Source: an uncultured bacterium (GTDB lineage: Bacteria; Verrucomicrobiota; Verrucomicrobiia; Verrucomicrobiales; DEV007). Taken from it: 64,000 nucleotides of DNA. Location of the stretch: the NCBI GenBank assembly GCA_963977015.1, contig CAXBMO010000015.1:1-64000 (forward strand), given 5' to 3'. The notes beneath the pieces are model-generated. The model made no database searches. It was given only the letters and a program-made list of their open reading frames with translations, and had not been told where the DNA came from. The position numbers and the translations under genes are program-made. Below, piece by piece: positions 46,311 through 55,180 of the stretch (position 1 is its first letter; every line of letters starts with the position of its first letter).

Positions 46311-47405
46311 TTAGTTAGGAGTGGCAAGACCAAAGTGTTGCCGCATCACCGTTTGATCGATGGAACGCATAATGCATTCCTCCTGCGTGATTTTTCCGGC
46401 GGCATGAAGATCTCGCAGGGCGTCGTCCATCAGGATCATCCCGACATTGCGACCCGTTTGCATGATCCCCGGGAGCATGAAGGTTTTGCCGTCGCGGATA
46501 CTGGCGGAAACGGCGGGAGTATTTACCAGCAATTCCATCGCCAGTGCGCGTCCATTTCCGTCTGCGGTTGGGACGAGTTGCTGGCTGATGACACCGCGCA
46601 GCGACTCGCTCACCATCTGGCGAATCTGACCACGCTGGTCGACCGGAAACACGTCCAACACCCGGTCGAGGGTTCGGGCCGCGCTCCCGGTGTGCAGGGT
46701 CCCCAGAACCAGGTGACCGGTCTCTGCCGCGGTGATGGCGAGCGAAATCGTTTCCAAGTCACGCATCTCACCCACCATAATGACGTCGGGGTCTTCCCGG
46801 AGTGAGGCACGGAGGGCCCGCGCAAATGAATCGGTGTGGAGATGCACCTCCCGCTGGTTCACATGGCAGCGTTTCGAATCGAAAATGTATTCGATCGGGT
46901 CTTCCAAGGTAATGATGTGGTCGTCGCGATCCTCGTTAATCTCGTTCACGAGCGAGGCGAGAGTGGTCGATTTGCCACTGCCGACAGAACCCGTCACCAA
47001 AATGAGTCCGTTGGTGTATTGAAGAAGTGGTTTGATGTGCTGAGGCAGCTTCAGATCATCCATCGTCCGGATTTCCGTGCTGATGATCCGGAAGACGATT
47101 TCCCAGCCAAGGCGCTGTTTCACTACACTGGCTCGGAAACGCCCAAACTCATTGTGATAAGCAAAGTCGATATCACCGCGCTCCATAAACCGCTGAAGCT
47201 CCGGGCCGCTGAGAAAGCCTTTCACCAATCGCTCGGAGTCTTCCTTGGTGATGATGTCTGCGTTCTCCCAAATCGGCTGCAATACTCCAAATCGCCTCCA
47301 GGTTGGCGGCGCCGCGGCAGGCAGGTGAAGATCGGAGCAATCGTATTCGACAGCAACTTTCAGATAGTCATCAACGTGATCAAAAACAGCAATCGTGTCT
47401 GACAT
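46311..47405 (-). CDS. Second PilT/PilU family ATPase
   Basis: GSVGSGKSTT, EDPIE, QRE, LREDPDVIMVGEMRD and GTLHT. Confidence 0.9.
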   Translation of the reverse strand: MSDTIAVFDHVDDYLKVAVEYDCSDLHLPAAAPPTWRRFGVLQPIWENADIITKEDSERLVKGFLSGPELQRFMERGDIDFAYHNEFGRFRASVVKQRLGWEIVFRIISTEIRTMDDLKLPQHIKPLLQYTNGLILVTGSVGSGKSTTLASLVNEINEDRDDHIITLEDPIEYIFDSKRCHVNQREVHLHTDSFARALRASLREDPDVIMVGEMRDLETISLAITAAETGHLVLGTLHTGSAARTLDRVLDVFPVDQRGQIRQMVSESLRGVISQQLVPTADGNGRALAMELLVNTPAVSASIRDGKTFMLPGIMQTGRNVGMILMDDALRDLHAAGKITQEECIMRSIDQTVMRQHFGLATPN

Positions 47406-47477
47406 AAGCCAGTTAAAAAGGGGATTAAGAAATTGGGTGGTTGGTTATGTAGGCTGAAACCGCCATCAAATGCAACC

Positions 47478-47888
47478 CTATTGCTTTGAGGACATGCCTT
47501 TCGCCCAGTTTTCGACGGCTTCTGTCGCCATTTTCGTCAAAGTTGGTCGCGCCATGGCGATCCCTCCCTTGACCAATCCCGCCAAAATCGGCCCAACCAT
47601 CGAAGCCTTGCGGGGTCCCTTGACTTTGGCGGTTCCCTGGGGTCGTGGCTTCGTGGGGCGCTTGGAACCCTTTTTCGGAAGGACCAAAAATCCCGTGACA
47701 ACTCCGGCGACCAATACCGCGCCAAGCCACTTCCATTTTCCGTCGTGAAACGACTCCTTGATTTGACCGGGAATGTTGAGAAAATCGCCGACCTCTTCGA
47801 AATCAATCACCAAATCACGACGCGATTCATCGAGAGACGCAATCAGCGCTCCCTTTTTTTCTTCGATGGAAGATTCTGAGCCAGCCAT
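47478..47888 (-). CDS. Hypothetical membrane protein (YqjK-like position)
   Basis: K..LIA.LDESR helix followed by a TM segment; overlaps the upstream gene. Confidence 0.6.
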   Translation of the reverse strand: MAGSESSIEEKKGALIASLDESRRDLVIDFEEVGDFLNIPGQIKESFHDGKWKWLGAVLVAGVVTGFLVLPKKGSKRPTKPRPQGTAKVKGPRKASMVGPILAGLVKGGIAMARPTLTKMATEAVENWAKGMSSKQ

Positions 47889-48271
47889 TTTTCGTCCTTT
47901 TCCAATTCCTGAAGAGTGGCCTCAAAAATCGGCTTATTACGCACGGTCCTTGCCACTATGATCAGAATACAGCCGGCAACAACATGGAATGCCGCAATTG
48001 CCAATCCCACATACTCCCACTTCGTTCCAAATCGGTCGGCAATAAGATTTACCAGAGCGGCGATCGAAAGCATGTATCCCGTGAACAGGAATCCAGCTCC
48101 TACGGCAATAAATACGGCCTGATCCGCCAAGAGCCTCGAAGCTTCGCGAGTTTCCAGAATGGCGAGTTGGACACGAATCTGACCATAATCAATCAATGCA
48201 CGAAGCGAATCCCGCGCCTGTTGCTTGAGGCTGGATGGGCCGGATTCGTCACGATTTTGAGGATTCGTCAT
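47843..48271 (-). CDS. YqjE-like (Phage_holin_3_6-type) membrane protein
   Basis: RVQLAILETRE, two TM segments and FEATLQELEKDEKWL C-terminus. Confidence 0.75.
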   Translation of the reverse strand: MTNPQNRDESGPSSLKQQARDSLRALIDYGQIRVQLAILETREASRLLADQAVFIAVGAGFLFTGYMLSIAALVNLIADRFGTKWEYVGLAIAAFHVVAGCILIIVARTVRNKPIFEATLQELEKDEKWLAQNLPSKKKRER

Positions 48272-48311
48272 CTTCGGAGCTGGCGCGAAGCGTGCGACTG
48301 ATCTCAAGCAA

Positions 48312-48674
48312 CTAGCGCCGCAGCAACATCCCAAGAAACACGCCGATTCCAAAGGTTGTCAAAACCGCTTTGGTGGGATTCTCTCGAACGTAAGCCTCCA
48401 ACTCCACTTTGAGATCCTCCACCTTGGCTCGAGCATCGCGAAGCCCCACTTCTGCAACTTCGCGAACGTGGCCGGCTTGCTCGCCAGCCGCGCTTTTCAG
48501 CGTATCTGCCTGTTCACCGGCGACATCGCGAATCTGGCTGGCCCGAGATTCCGCCGCCTGCTTCAATTGAGCAGCTTTTGCACTTGCCGCCGCACGGAGT
48601 TCCTCCGCGGCTTGCAACGCATGAGATTTGGTGGATTCGAGCGGCGTATCTTGATTCTGGACAGGTGAACTCAT
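48312..48674 (-). CDS. DUF883 (ElaB/YqjD) family tail-anchored protein
   Basis: Ala-rich helix followed by YVRENPTKAVL..GIGVFLGMLLRR. Confidence 0.88.
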   Translation of the reverse strand: MSSPVQNQDTPLESTKSHALQAAEELRAAASAKAAQLKQAAESRASQIRDVAGEQADTLKSAAGEQAGHVREVAEVGLRDARAKVEDLKVELEAYVRENPTKAVLTTFGIGVFLGMLLRR

Positions 48675-48755
48675 GCTTTAGAAAAATGGTTATTCTTCAT
48701 CAAACCACCGGTGCCTGCAAAATCAACCAACAACCCAGGGGAAGGTGCGCGGCGT

Positions 48756-48968
48756 TCAGTCCAGAGTTTCGATGATCCGGGCCTGGCTCATGTCATAGGC
48801 CGAAAACTCAACCCTCACGAGATCATCGGTCGCAACATCGGCCTTTATCCCTTTTCCCGAATATCCCCGGGCCCGGTAACCATTCGGCAGCTCAACCCAG
48901 TAAAAACCACTCGAGCTCAACTCCACCACTTTTCCGGTCGCTTGAATCGGCTGTCTTCTCTCCATCAA
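48756..48968 (-). CDS. Divergent translation initiation factor IF-1-like protein
   Basis: IQATGKVVE..VELPNG..SGK..D.VRVEFSAYDMSQARI aligns with IF-1 but lacks the MRK.YIRI loop. Confidence 0.7.
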   Translation of the reverse strand: MMERRQPIQATGKVVELSSSGFYWVELPNGYRARGYSGKGIKADVATDDLVRVEFSAYDMSQARIIETLD

Positions 48969-49044
48969 AATAACAAATAACGGTTGTGTAAATCTAAACC
49001 GTCTTTATAATTACCATAACCAGTAGAACTTACTAGCCCTACTC

Positions 49045-49473
49045 ATGGCCGCACACAACGATCCAGTTCCTCCAATCCTTCACCAACTTTGGAATTTGTC
49101 TTCGCAAATCCATCAAACGAGTGAATATCTGCCCCCACACCAAGCAATGCTGGGCGACGAGCACATCACCTATGTTCGCGAAGCAGCCATGGGCATGTTG
49201 CAAAAACTGCACGCAATGATGCACGCCTGTGTGTCGATGTCTACCAACGGACAAGAAGTGGTCAATCCGCTCGAAAACAAGGACGAGCGGCATGACATGC
49301 GCAACCAGGTCGCGGTCGTCAGAGGTTTCAGCGATCTGATGTTGATGGACGTTCCCCCTGGCCATCAATCCGCCCAAATTTTGGATCATCTTCGCAATTT
49401 GGCAGACAGCTATTGTGGCGTCTTGGACCAAATCAAGTCAGCGGACGAGCATGTGAACGTTTTCGCCGGCTAG
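49045..49473 (+). CDS. Small helical protein with a HisKA-like H-box and no ATPase domain
   Basis: RHDMRNQVAVVRGFSDLML resembles the H-box HDLRNPL..I.GF..LL; 142 aa. Confidence 0.65.
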   Translation: MAAHNDPVPPILHQLWNLSSQIHQTSEYLPPHQAMLGDEHITYVREAAMGMLQKLHAMMHACVSMSTNGQEVVNPLENKDERHDMRNQVAVVRGFSDLMLMDVPPGHQSAQILDHLRNLADSYCGVLDQIKSADEHVNVFAG

Positions 49474-49643
49474 TAATCGAATCTTTTTCTCGCGAAACTG
49501 AGAATAGAATCTCAGACCAAACGTCAGAACTGAGCGGATCCGTGGGCATCCGTACCCTAACACGTTTCCAAAAGTCGTAATTACTGAATTTTTTGGAAAA
49601 GTTTAGTTGTTTGTTGGCACAGAATTAGGCATTCTTTTACCTT

Positions 49644-51638
49644 ATGGAAAACGACACTCCTAAAGGTGGCCAAGAGGCCAACGACAAAACGGTCGTCGCG
49701 ACTCTCGCGATGGCCTTGGGAATGCCTTTTCTCCTGGCGTTGTTCATCATCATCTCAAGCTGGAACCACATCGTCGAGCCTAACGACGATTCCGTGGATC
49801 GTCCCCCGCTTGAAACGGCATCCAACGTTTCAGAAGAATCGGCTTCGAAGGCAGCTGCACAAGCCGCCCTTCAAGACGCTAAAAAGAGTAGCGAAACGGT
49901 CGCTGCTGTTAAGCCTGAAACCGAGAAATCGGAAACACCTTCGAAGTCGGATGATCCCCCTGCTGAAACGGTAGCGGCGAAAACCGAACCCACCGAAAAA
50001 GCGGATGAGTCGAAGCCCGCCGCTGTGGTCGCCAAAAATGATGCGCCCGCCGAGGACACCAAGCCGGCCGAAACCACTGAACCTGAGAAACCAAGCCTGG
50101 CCCAGAACATGCAGTCGAGTTCTCTGGAACTCGAACCCAATCTGGTAGCGGCCCAGCCTCCGGTCGAAGTGAAAAAGGATGAGCCGAAAGCAACGCCGGT
50201 CGTTGCTGAGGTGAAGAAAGATGAATCGGCAGACTTGGCTCTCCAAGTCAAAGAACTGAAGAACCAGCTCAAAGCTGCTGAGGCAAAGCTCGTGTCAGAG
50301 CAGGCCGTAAAAGCCAGCCTCCTCGCCAAAGTCACCAATCTTGAAGCCGAGTCGGAGAAAGCTAAGGAATGGCAATCTCTTGGCGCCCGTGCCCAGGCCC
50401 GCCTTGCCGACGCCCAGAAGCTTGCGAACAATCGCCAGGAAAAAATCTCCAAGCTTGAGAACACGGTAAAAACTCAAGCCAACCAGATCGCCGCAATCGA
50501 GAAATCGGCCAAGACGCTCGCCGTAGAGCCGTTCCAGGTAAAACTCCGCTCGCTTGAGGCCGAATATCAAATGATCCTTGCGAGCTTGGACGCATCCAAG
50601 GCTGATGCCGCAAAAGCGGAATCCGCCATTGCCGCTTCCAAGAAACAAGTCTCCGCCGCCAACGCCATGGTCGCGAAACTGCAATCCGATCTCGCCTCGT
50701 CGCAAAAGGCACTTGCTGTTGCCGCGAAAAAGCCTTCCTCCACCGAACCGATGGAAGCAAAGCTCCGCTCGTTAGCCTCAGAAAATGCCACGATGGCTTC
50801 CCAGCTCAAGGACGCGCAATCTCAAATGCTCGCTGCGCAAACCGCGGCGGCTTCCGCGAAGAAGCAGGCTCAGTCTGCGGCAGCGAAGGCCCATCAGATG
50901 ATTTCCAGCTCGAACACGGAGATGATGGAAATGAAGCAAGCGCTGATCGCCGCCCAGAAGGCTCCCAAGAAGGACGCAAATATTGAGGCTTATGAAGCCC
51001 AACTCCGCTCCATCACCGCCGAGAACAAGGCGCTTCGCTCTCGCCTCACCGGCATGGAAGCTCAAATCGCCAGCCACGACACCGCGAGCAACAAGCTGCG
51101 CCATCAAGTGGCATCGCTCAATCGTCAGCTTTCTCAGACCGCGGTTGTGGCCAAAGCTCCCGCCGCAAAACCGACTCCCGACGTCGCCGCGCTTCAGGAG
51201 CTGCATGCAAAGACCCAGGAGCGACTCGCATCGGCGCAGAAGCTCGCGAACACTCGGGGAGAAACCATTCAAACGCTTCAAGCTCAGCTCAAAAGTGCTC
51301 GCGACAAAATGGTTGTGGTCACTTCCAAGCCTCCGGCCGCAGCAGACAGCGCACCGTTGAAAGTCGAGGTCGAAAGCCTTGCCGCAAAGCTGTCTACCGA
51401 ACAAGCTGTCAAAGCCGATTTGATGCGCAAGGTATCCGATCTGCAGACCAAGCTGAAAACGGCCGCCGCAAATTCCGACTGGCTGAACAAGCTGGGCAAA
51501 GAGATCACGATTCTGAAGCAACAGAACGCCGAAACCCAGGCCCGGTTGGCTGAAGTTCAGGCGCAGGCACAGAGTCGCCATGAGAAATTCTCGCAACTTG
51601 AGAGCGCCGTCAGCGACGCGCTCAAAGGCGAGAAGTAA
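49644..51638 (+). CDS. Membrane-anchored long coiled-coil protein with internal repeats
   Basis: Single N-terminal TM segment, acidic/Pro-rich linker, then a long Ala/Lys/Gln-rich heptad region. Confidence 0.85.
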   Translation: MENDTPKGGQEANDKTVVATLAMALGMPFLLALFIIISSWNHIVEPNDDSVDRPPLETASNVSEESASKAAAQAALQDAKKSSETVAAVKPETEKSETPSKSDDPPAETVAAKTEPTEKADESKPAAVVAKNDAPAEDTKPAETTEPEKPSLAQNMQSSSLELEPNLVAAQPPVEVKKDEPKATPVVAEVKKDESADLALQVKELKNQLKAAEAKLVSEQAVKASLLAKVTNLEAESEKAKEWQSLGARAQARLADAQKLANNRQEKISKLENTVKTQANQIAAIEKSAKTLAVEPFQVKLRSLEAEYQMILASLDASKADAAKAESAIAASKKQVSAANAMVAKLQSDLASSQKALAVAAKKPSSTEPMEAKLRSLASENATMASQLKDAQSQMLAAQTAAASAKKQAQSAAAKAHQMISSSNTEMMEMKQALIAAQKAPKKDANIEAYEAQLRSITAENKALRSRLTGMEAQIASHDTASNKLRHQVASLNRQLSQTAVVAKAPAAKPTPDVAALQELHAKTQERLASAQKLANTRGETIQTLQAQLKSARDKMVVVTSKPPAAADSAPLKVEVESLAAKLSTEQAVKADLMRKVSDLQTKLKTAAANSDWLNKLGKEITILKQQNAETQARLAEVQAQAQSRHEKFSQLESAVSDALKGEK

Positions 51639-51663
51639 GGAAACCGACTCCGCCAGAGTTTTC

Positions 51664-51700
51664 AAAGCGACCGCTGCGTGATCCGTGGCGGTCGCTTTTT
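51664..51700. terminator. Bidirectional Rho-independent terminator
   Basis: AAAGCGACCGC...GCGGTCGCTTTTT between convergent genes. Confidence 0.85.
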
Positions 51701-51709
51701 CTTGGGCGG

Positions 51710-52816
51710 TTACCGTGGTCGGCTGAGAATTTGGGTGGCCAACTGGCTCAACACCGTGCCGGGCTCCATTTGCGTGGTCACCAATCGCCGATTGGCATCG
51801 AGACAGGCAACCAAGGCTGCCCGCAACTCCTTGAGGGTAAATCTCTGACAGCCTTTGGTCGCCAGAAAAATGGGATAGGCGCTGATGCCGCCATCTTTCT
51901 TTCGAGGCAAATGGGCGGTGGCTGACTTGGGCAGTCGATTGATGTTCGATTCGTAGGAACGGTAATTGCCGCCGTTGAGCCCGAAATTTTCCAACAAATC
52001 GCGAGCCAGAAGGAGGCTGCGGACTCTCGGGACAATCGCCGCGAGCAAAATCCCAATCGCATTCTCGCCTTTGCGAAGCTGCTGATCGATCAATTCGATG
52101 GATCGTGGAAGGTTGCGTTCGGCGATCGCGTCTCCAATCTCAAAAATCACCCCCGCTCGCGTCGTCGCGACCACCGCACGGACATCGTCCGTTGTCGCCA
52201 CCTGACCTTCGCCCAGATAAAGACCCAGCTTCTCAAGCTCGCTGTCGAGTTGCCGCGTATTTTCACCGGTCGCCATGACGAAGTATTCCAACGCTTCTCG
52301 TTCGAACTGAAAACCGATCCGTTTCGCGTGTTTCTCCGCCAGCAGCATCACCTCCTGCTCCCAACCGGATTTTGACGGATCCGGAAGATCGTGAATCGTG
52401 ATTTCACCAATTTTGCCCAGCTTCTTGTAGAAGGCCCGGCGCTTATCGATGCCCGTCCCGCTGATGATGAGGTGAACGCCGGGCGCAAGTCCCTGCTCCA
52501 TCAGTTTCGTGAGTTGCTCGACCGCCGCCTGCGTCGCCGCCGCGCGCCCCATCACGTTGTCTGCAAAGAAATTCGCCCCTTGCAGCCAAACCGTCTTGTC
52601 TCCCCCGAGGAAGGGGAGGGTTTGCAGCGCCTCAATCGTATCGCGGACGATTCTCGAAGCATGTTCGCTGGTCTCCGCGTTTCCATTGATGAGATCCAGC
52701 CCGAAGTCCGCGTTTTCCTCAGGCGTGAGTTCACGCGAAAGCTTCAGCGCGTCTTCTTTCACTCGCGCATCGTCCGTTCCAAAAAAAGCGATGATCTGTT
52801 TGCCCGATTTCGGCAT
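51710..52816 (-). CDS. holA: DNA polymerase III subunit delta
   Basis: TLPFLGGDKTV, DKR..FYK and ELEKL.LY..DV..VV..IFEIGDAI. Confidence 0.85.
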   Translation of the reverse strand: MPKSGKQIIAFFGTDDARVKEDALKLSRELTPEENADFGLDLINGNAETSEHASRIVRDTIEALQTLPFLGGDKTVWLQGANFFADNVMGRAAATQAAVEQLTKLMEQGLAPGVHLIISGTGIDKRRAFYKKLGKIGEITIHDLPDPSKSGWEQEVMLLAEKHAKRIGFQFEREALEYFVMATGENTRQLDSELEKLGLYLGEGQVATTDDVRAVVATTRAGVIFEIGDAIAERNLPRSIELIDQQLRKGENAIGILLAAIVPRVRSLLLARDLLENFGLNGGNYRSYESNINRLPKSATAHLPRKKDGGISAYPIFLATKGCQRFTLKELRAALVACLDANRRLVTTQMEPGTVLSQLATQILSRPR

Positions 52817-52924
52817 AGCGGAGGAAACTAGCTGGCGATTGCGGCTACGCTAGGGCAATTTTTGCCCGAATTTGCCCACTCATTTCCCCTTGACCCCGCA
52901 TCGCCCCGGTCGTGGAATGCAAGG

Positions 52925-54085
52925 GTGAAAACCCCACTATTCCTGTTTTTTGCCTTGGTTGGCTCCCTCTTCGCGGCTCCGCCACCACCTGGCGGTGTCA
53001 AAACGCTCGAAATCGGGAGCCCCGCGCCGGACTTCACGTTGCTCGGCGTTGATGGGAAACAGCACACCCTCGCGGCGTATGCCGACAAGAAGGTGCTCGC
53101 GGTGCTGTTTACCTGCAATCACTGCCCAACCGCGCAGGCAGTTGAGGAACGGGTGAAACAGTTGGTGACCGACTTCACCGGCGAAAGCTTTCAACTCCTC
53201 GCGATTTCGCCCAATGACCCGCTTTCCGTCCGCGTGGATGAGCTTGGCTACTCCGTTTACGGCGACAGCTATGAGGAGATGATCGCTCACGCCAAGGAAT
53301 ACGGATTCAACTTTCCGTATCTTTACGATGGCGAGACTCAGGAGACTTCGATGGCGTTCGGAGCGATGGCGACACCTCACATCTTCATTTTCGATCATGA
53401 GCGCAAGCTCCGTTACCAAGGCCGGCTCGACGATTCGAAATATGAGGATGGCGCGACGACTCACGATGCGCGAAACGCGATCAACGCCCTGCTCGCCAGC
53501 CAACCGGTTCCGGTCGAGACGACCCGGATTTTCGGCTGTTCGACGAAGTGGGCCTACAAACGCGACTTGGTGAGCAAGCACGAAACTGGCTGGAAAGAAC
53601 GCGAGGTAACCCTTGAAAAGACCGATGCCAAGGGAGTTCGCCAGCTCGTGGCGAACCAGAGCGACAAACTCCGGCTCATCAATCTGTGGGCAACCTGGTG
53701 CGGACCTTGCGTCGCAGAATTTCCCGATCTGGTTTCCCTGGGACGCCAATTCGAAAACCGCGGTTTTGACTTCATCAGCCTCAGCATGGATGAGCCGACT
53801 CAGGAAGCCAAAGTTCTCCAGTTTCTCAAAAGCGAGCACGCTGCCCTGGGAAAACGAACCGAGTTATCGGTCAAAGAAGAAGGCCGCACCACCAACAACT
53901 ATCTTTTCACCGGAAGCCAGGATGCGATGGCGAAAGCACTCGATCCCAGTTGGAACGGTAGCCTGCCCTATACCATCCTGGTGAAGCCCGGCGGTGAAAT
54001 CGTTTGGCGCCATGAGGGAGAGCTTGATCTGATGGAAGCCCGGATGGCCATCGTAGGGGAACTCGGTCGCTTTTACGCGAAATGA
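52925..54085 (+). CDS. Secreted double-redoxin protein (AhpC/TSA-like + TlpA-like)
   Basis: APDF.L and FTCNHCP in domain 1; NLWATWCGPCVAEFP in domain 2. Confidence 0.85.
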   Translation: MKTPLFLFFALVGSLFAAPPPPGGVKTLEIGSPAPDFTLLGVDGKQHTLAAYADKKVLAVLFTCNHCPTAQAVEERVKQLVTDFTGESFQLLAISPNDPLSVRVDELGYSVYGDSYEEMIAHAKEYGFNFPYLYDGETQETSMAFGAMATPHIFIFDHERKLRYQGRLDDSKYEDGATTHDARNAINALLASQPVPVETTRIFGCSTKWAYKRDLVSKHETGWKEREVTLEKTDAKGVRQLVANQSDKLRLINLWATWCGPCVAEFPDLVSLGRQFENRGFDFISLSMDEPTQEAKVLQFLKSEHAALGKRTELSVKEEGRTTNNYLFTGSQDAMAKALDPSWNGSLPYTILVKPGGEIVWRHEGELDLMEARMAIVGELGRFYAK

Positions 54086-55083
54086 AGCTGGTTGCCCAAA
54101 GTCTGTTTTTCCTCGCACTTCTTGTTGGGACCAGGGTTGCGGCTGAGCCCATCTCAACGCACGAATTGGTTCCGCTGCCGAATCACGAAGTTTCGTTTCA
54201 GATTGAAGGATCCGAGAAACTCCGGTGGCATTTCGGCAAGCAGTATCCCCGGCCGTTCTTTTACCCCTTCAAGGGACCTTCGGGCGCTTCGCTGACTCGG
54301 ATGGGCCATCCCGGAGCCCAAAATCACGATCATCACCGCTCGATCTGGTTTGCTCACAATGACCTTAACGGGGTGAACTTCTGGAGCGATTCAACCACGG
54401 CGAAGATCCGGCAAAAGATGTGGCTATCCTATCACGACGGTGATGAGGAAGCGATCATGGCCAGCTTACTGGGTTGGTTTGACGGGGAAGGTGTCGAGGT
54501 GATGGAGCAGGAATTGGTTACCTCGTTGCGTGTTGTTGACGAAGGCGAACACGCTCTCGAAATTCAGATCACGCTGAGGCCGGCCAAGGAGGCCAAAACG
54601 GTTGAACTGGGCAAAACCAATTTCGGCTTTCTCGCCGTGCGCGTCGCAAAATCCATTTCCGAGTATTTTGGGGAGGGTCTTCTCACCAACAGCGAAGGCC
54701 AAATCCATGAAGCTGAGATTTTTGGAAATCCCGCTCGCTGGATGGACTACAGCGGTCCGGTCGCGATCGGCACCGGTTCCGACCGAAAAACCGTGGTCGA
54801 AGGCATCACCTATTTTGATCACCCGTCGAACCCTCGCTATCCCACCAAGTGGCACGTTCGCCAGGATGGCTGGATGGGTGCGTCATTTGGCATGGATGAG
54901 GCCTTTACCATTTCCCACGAGTCGCCACTCGTCTTGCGCTACTTGCTTCACGCCCACCAAGGAGCCTACGATGCGGAAAAAGCGGGCCGCGTCGCGTCGG
55001 ATTTTCACGATCGGCCGGGATTCGTTGTTCAGAAGCGCACCAAACGGCATGGCCAGTTTGATGTGCTGAGGATTCCGAAGTAA
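54082..55083 (+). CDS. Secreted DUF6807 (so-called PmoA-family) protein
   Basis: RPFFYP, HDHHRSIWFAH, GFLAVRV, ARWMDYSG and DHPSNPRYP..WHVR. Confidence 0.75.
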   Translation: MKLVAQSLFFLALLVGTRVAAEPISTHELVPLPNHEVSFQIEGSEKLRWHFGKQYPRPFFYPFKGPSGASLTRMGHPGAQNHDHHRSIWFAHNDLNGVNFWSDSTTAKIRQKMWLSYHDGDEEAIMASLLGWFDGEGVEVMEQELVTSLRVVDEGEHALEIQITLRPAKEAKTVELGKTNFGFLAVRVAKSISEYFGEGLLTNSEGQIHEAEIFGNPARWMDYSGPVAIGTGSDRKTVVEGITYFDHPSNPRYPTKWHVRQDGWMGASFGMDEAFTISHESPLVLRYLLHAHQGAYDAEKAGRVASDFHDRPGFVVQKRTKRHGQFDVLRIPK

Positions 55084-55180
55084 AAAGTGCGCCAATTTTC
55101 GAGGTAATCGGCGATGACGTCGAAATTGCTGAAAGGAACTGGACGCGGGGAAGAATCGAACAAAGTTAGCTTCCGAACCG

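Noticed and set aside
47843-48271. Prophage lysis holin
   Set aside because: The context is DUF883/YqjE/YqjK-like, with no endolysin or phage genes.
54082-55083. Particulate methane monooxygenase subunit
   Set aside because: This is a soluble secreted DUF6807-type protein; the PmoA label of that family does not imply pMMO, and pmoB/pmoC are absent.
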